Shown here in pieces: positions 63,599 through 64,000 of a stretch of 64,000 bases of DNA (positions are counted from its first letter, which is position 1; each line of letters begins with the position of its first letter). This DNA comes from Thermoplasmata archaeon. GTDB lineage: Archaea; Thermoplasmatota; Thermoplasmata; Lutacidiplasmatales; UBA184. A program made the position numbers and the translations under genes. The stretch covers positions 30,640-94,639 of the forward strand of contig JBEKJG010000006.1 in NCBI GenBank assembly GCA_050011355.1. Reading direction: 5' to 3'. The notes below the pieces were generated by a model. The model was not told where the DNA came from. It did not search any database and saw nothing but the letters and a program-made list of their open reading frames with translations.

Positions 63599-64000
63599 GA
63601 GCTCCACCCCGGCCGCGGCCGTCCGAACGGGCGGTCGTCGAGGCGACGGCCCGGCATCTCGAGGCCCAAGGGTACCGGACCCGCATCGACCCGGACGGAA
63701 CGAACTACTTCGACCTGGTCGCCCGTCGGGGCGACGAGGTCGGTCTGGTCGAGGCGAAGGTCGCGGACTCGCGGGCCGTCCTCACGCAGGCGCTCGTCCG
63801 CCGGGCGTGGGGCGACTGGGTCGCGGTCGTGATCGCTTCGCGCCGGTCGGCGCTCGCGCTCGCGGAGCGGAGCCGGGGGACGCGCGCGGAGCCGGTGGGG
63901 GTCTGGTGGTGCGAGGGCGGAGGGGTCGAGGTCGTCCGCGCCGCCCGCCCGTGGGTCGCGCCGGGAGCCGAGGACCCGTACGCTCCGCTGCGGGCGCAGT
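63574..64000 (+). CDS. Hjc-like PD-(D/E)XK nuclease-fold protein (partial, runs off the window)
   Basis: Own translation: ..SERAVVEATARHLEAQGYRTRIDPDGTNYFDLVARRGDEVGLVEAKVADS..WGDWVAVVIAS. The E...D...ExK spacing resembles archaeal Hjc (AERELIKLLEKHGFAVVR...VDLVA...IEVKV). The start is ATG 63574 or GTG 63595 (GTGA overlap with the mutL stop). No stop before 64000. Confidence 0.55.
   Translation, partial: MVPPLGHVRAPPRPRPSERAVVEATARHLEAQGYRTRIDPDGTNYFDLVARRGDEVGLVEAKVADSRAVLTQALVRRAWGDWVAVVIASRRSALALAERSRGTRAEPVGVWWCEGGGVEVVRAARPWVAPGAEDPYAPLRAQ

Noticed and set aside
61520-63607. 695-aa antisense ORF opposite mutL. Similar long antisense or alternative-frame ORFs occur at 1354..2910, 10894..12921, 26422..28740, 26471..28312, 43270..44877, 43563..45437, 50881..53502, 53201..56110, 53532..55553 and 58149..59951.
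   Set aside because: All are R/G/P/A-dominated low-complexity translations with no motifs. Each overlaps a frame that carries clear family signatures, so they are GC-bias artefacts.

Overview
High-GC archaeal chromosomal segment (spot counts about 68% G+C in housekeeping stretches). The archaeal assignment rests on PAN, CDC48, MCM, Nop5, L10e, an L18e-L13-S9-RpoN cluster, Cgi121, SepF, NMD3 and pantoate kinase. I support about 60 protein genes and 4 tRNAs (Thr-GGU, initiator-like Met-CAU, Gly-UCC, Ser-UGA). Other content: pyrD-pyrK-pyrG, aspS, bacterial-type clpB and mutS-mutL, a DtxR-regulated metal ABC importer, and several very large sequon-rich surface proteins (YVTN, Kelch, PKD, FN3, He_PIG-like). 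No CRISPR array, rRNA, integrase or transposase was seen. Most long alternative-frame and antisense ORFs in the track are GC-driven artefacts. Most interesting: (1) two separate tRNA genes (Thr and Met) are each followed by a roughly 1.7-1.8 kb lower-GC cassette. Each cassette holds a paralogous RelE-like toxin and PF02697-like antitoxin pair plus one hydrolase gene, and each ends in a direct repeat of the tRNA 3' end. This is an att-like signature with no integrase. (2) tRNA-Met and tRNA-Gly carry about 28-30 nt GC-rich insertions at non-canonical positions (D-loop and T-loop). (3) aspS, and possibly cgi121, encode conserved N-terminal sequence upstream of any in-frame ATG/GTG/TTG, with SD-like motifs in front of CTG codons. 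(4) An Hjc-like PD-(D/E)XK gene overlaps the end of mutL. (5) A HerA-like ATPase lies divergent from a coiled-coil, V4R and Roadblock/LC7 gene set. All family calls come from motif recognition by eye and need HMM or BLAST confirmation.
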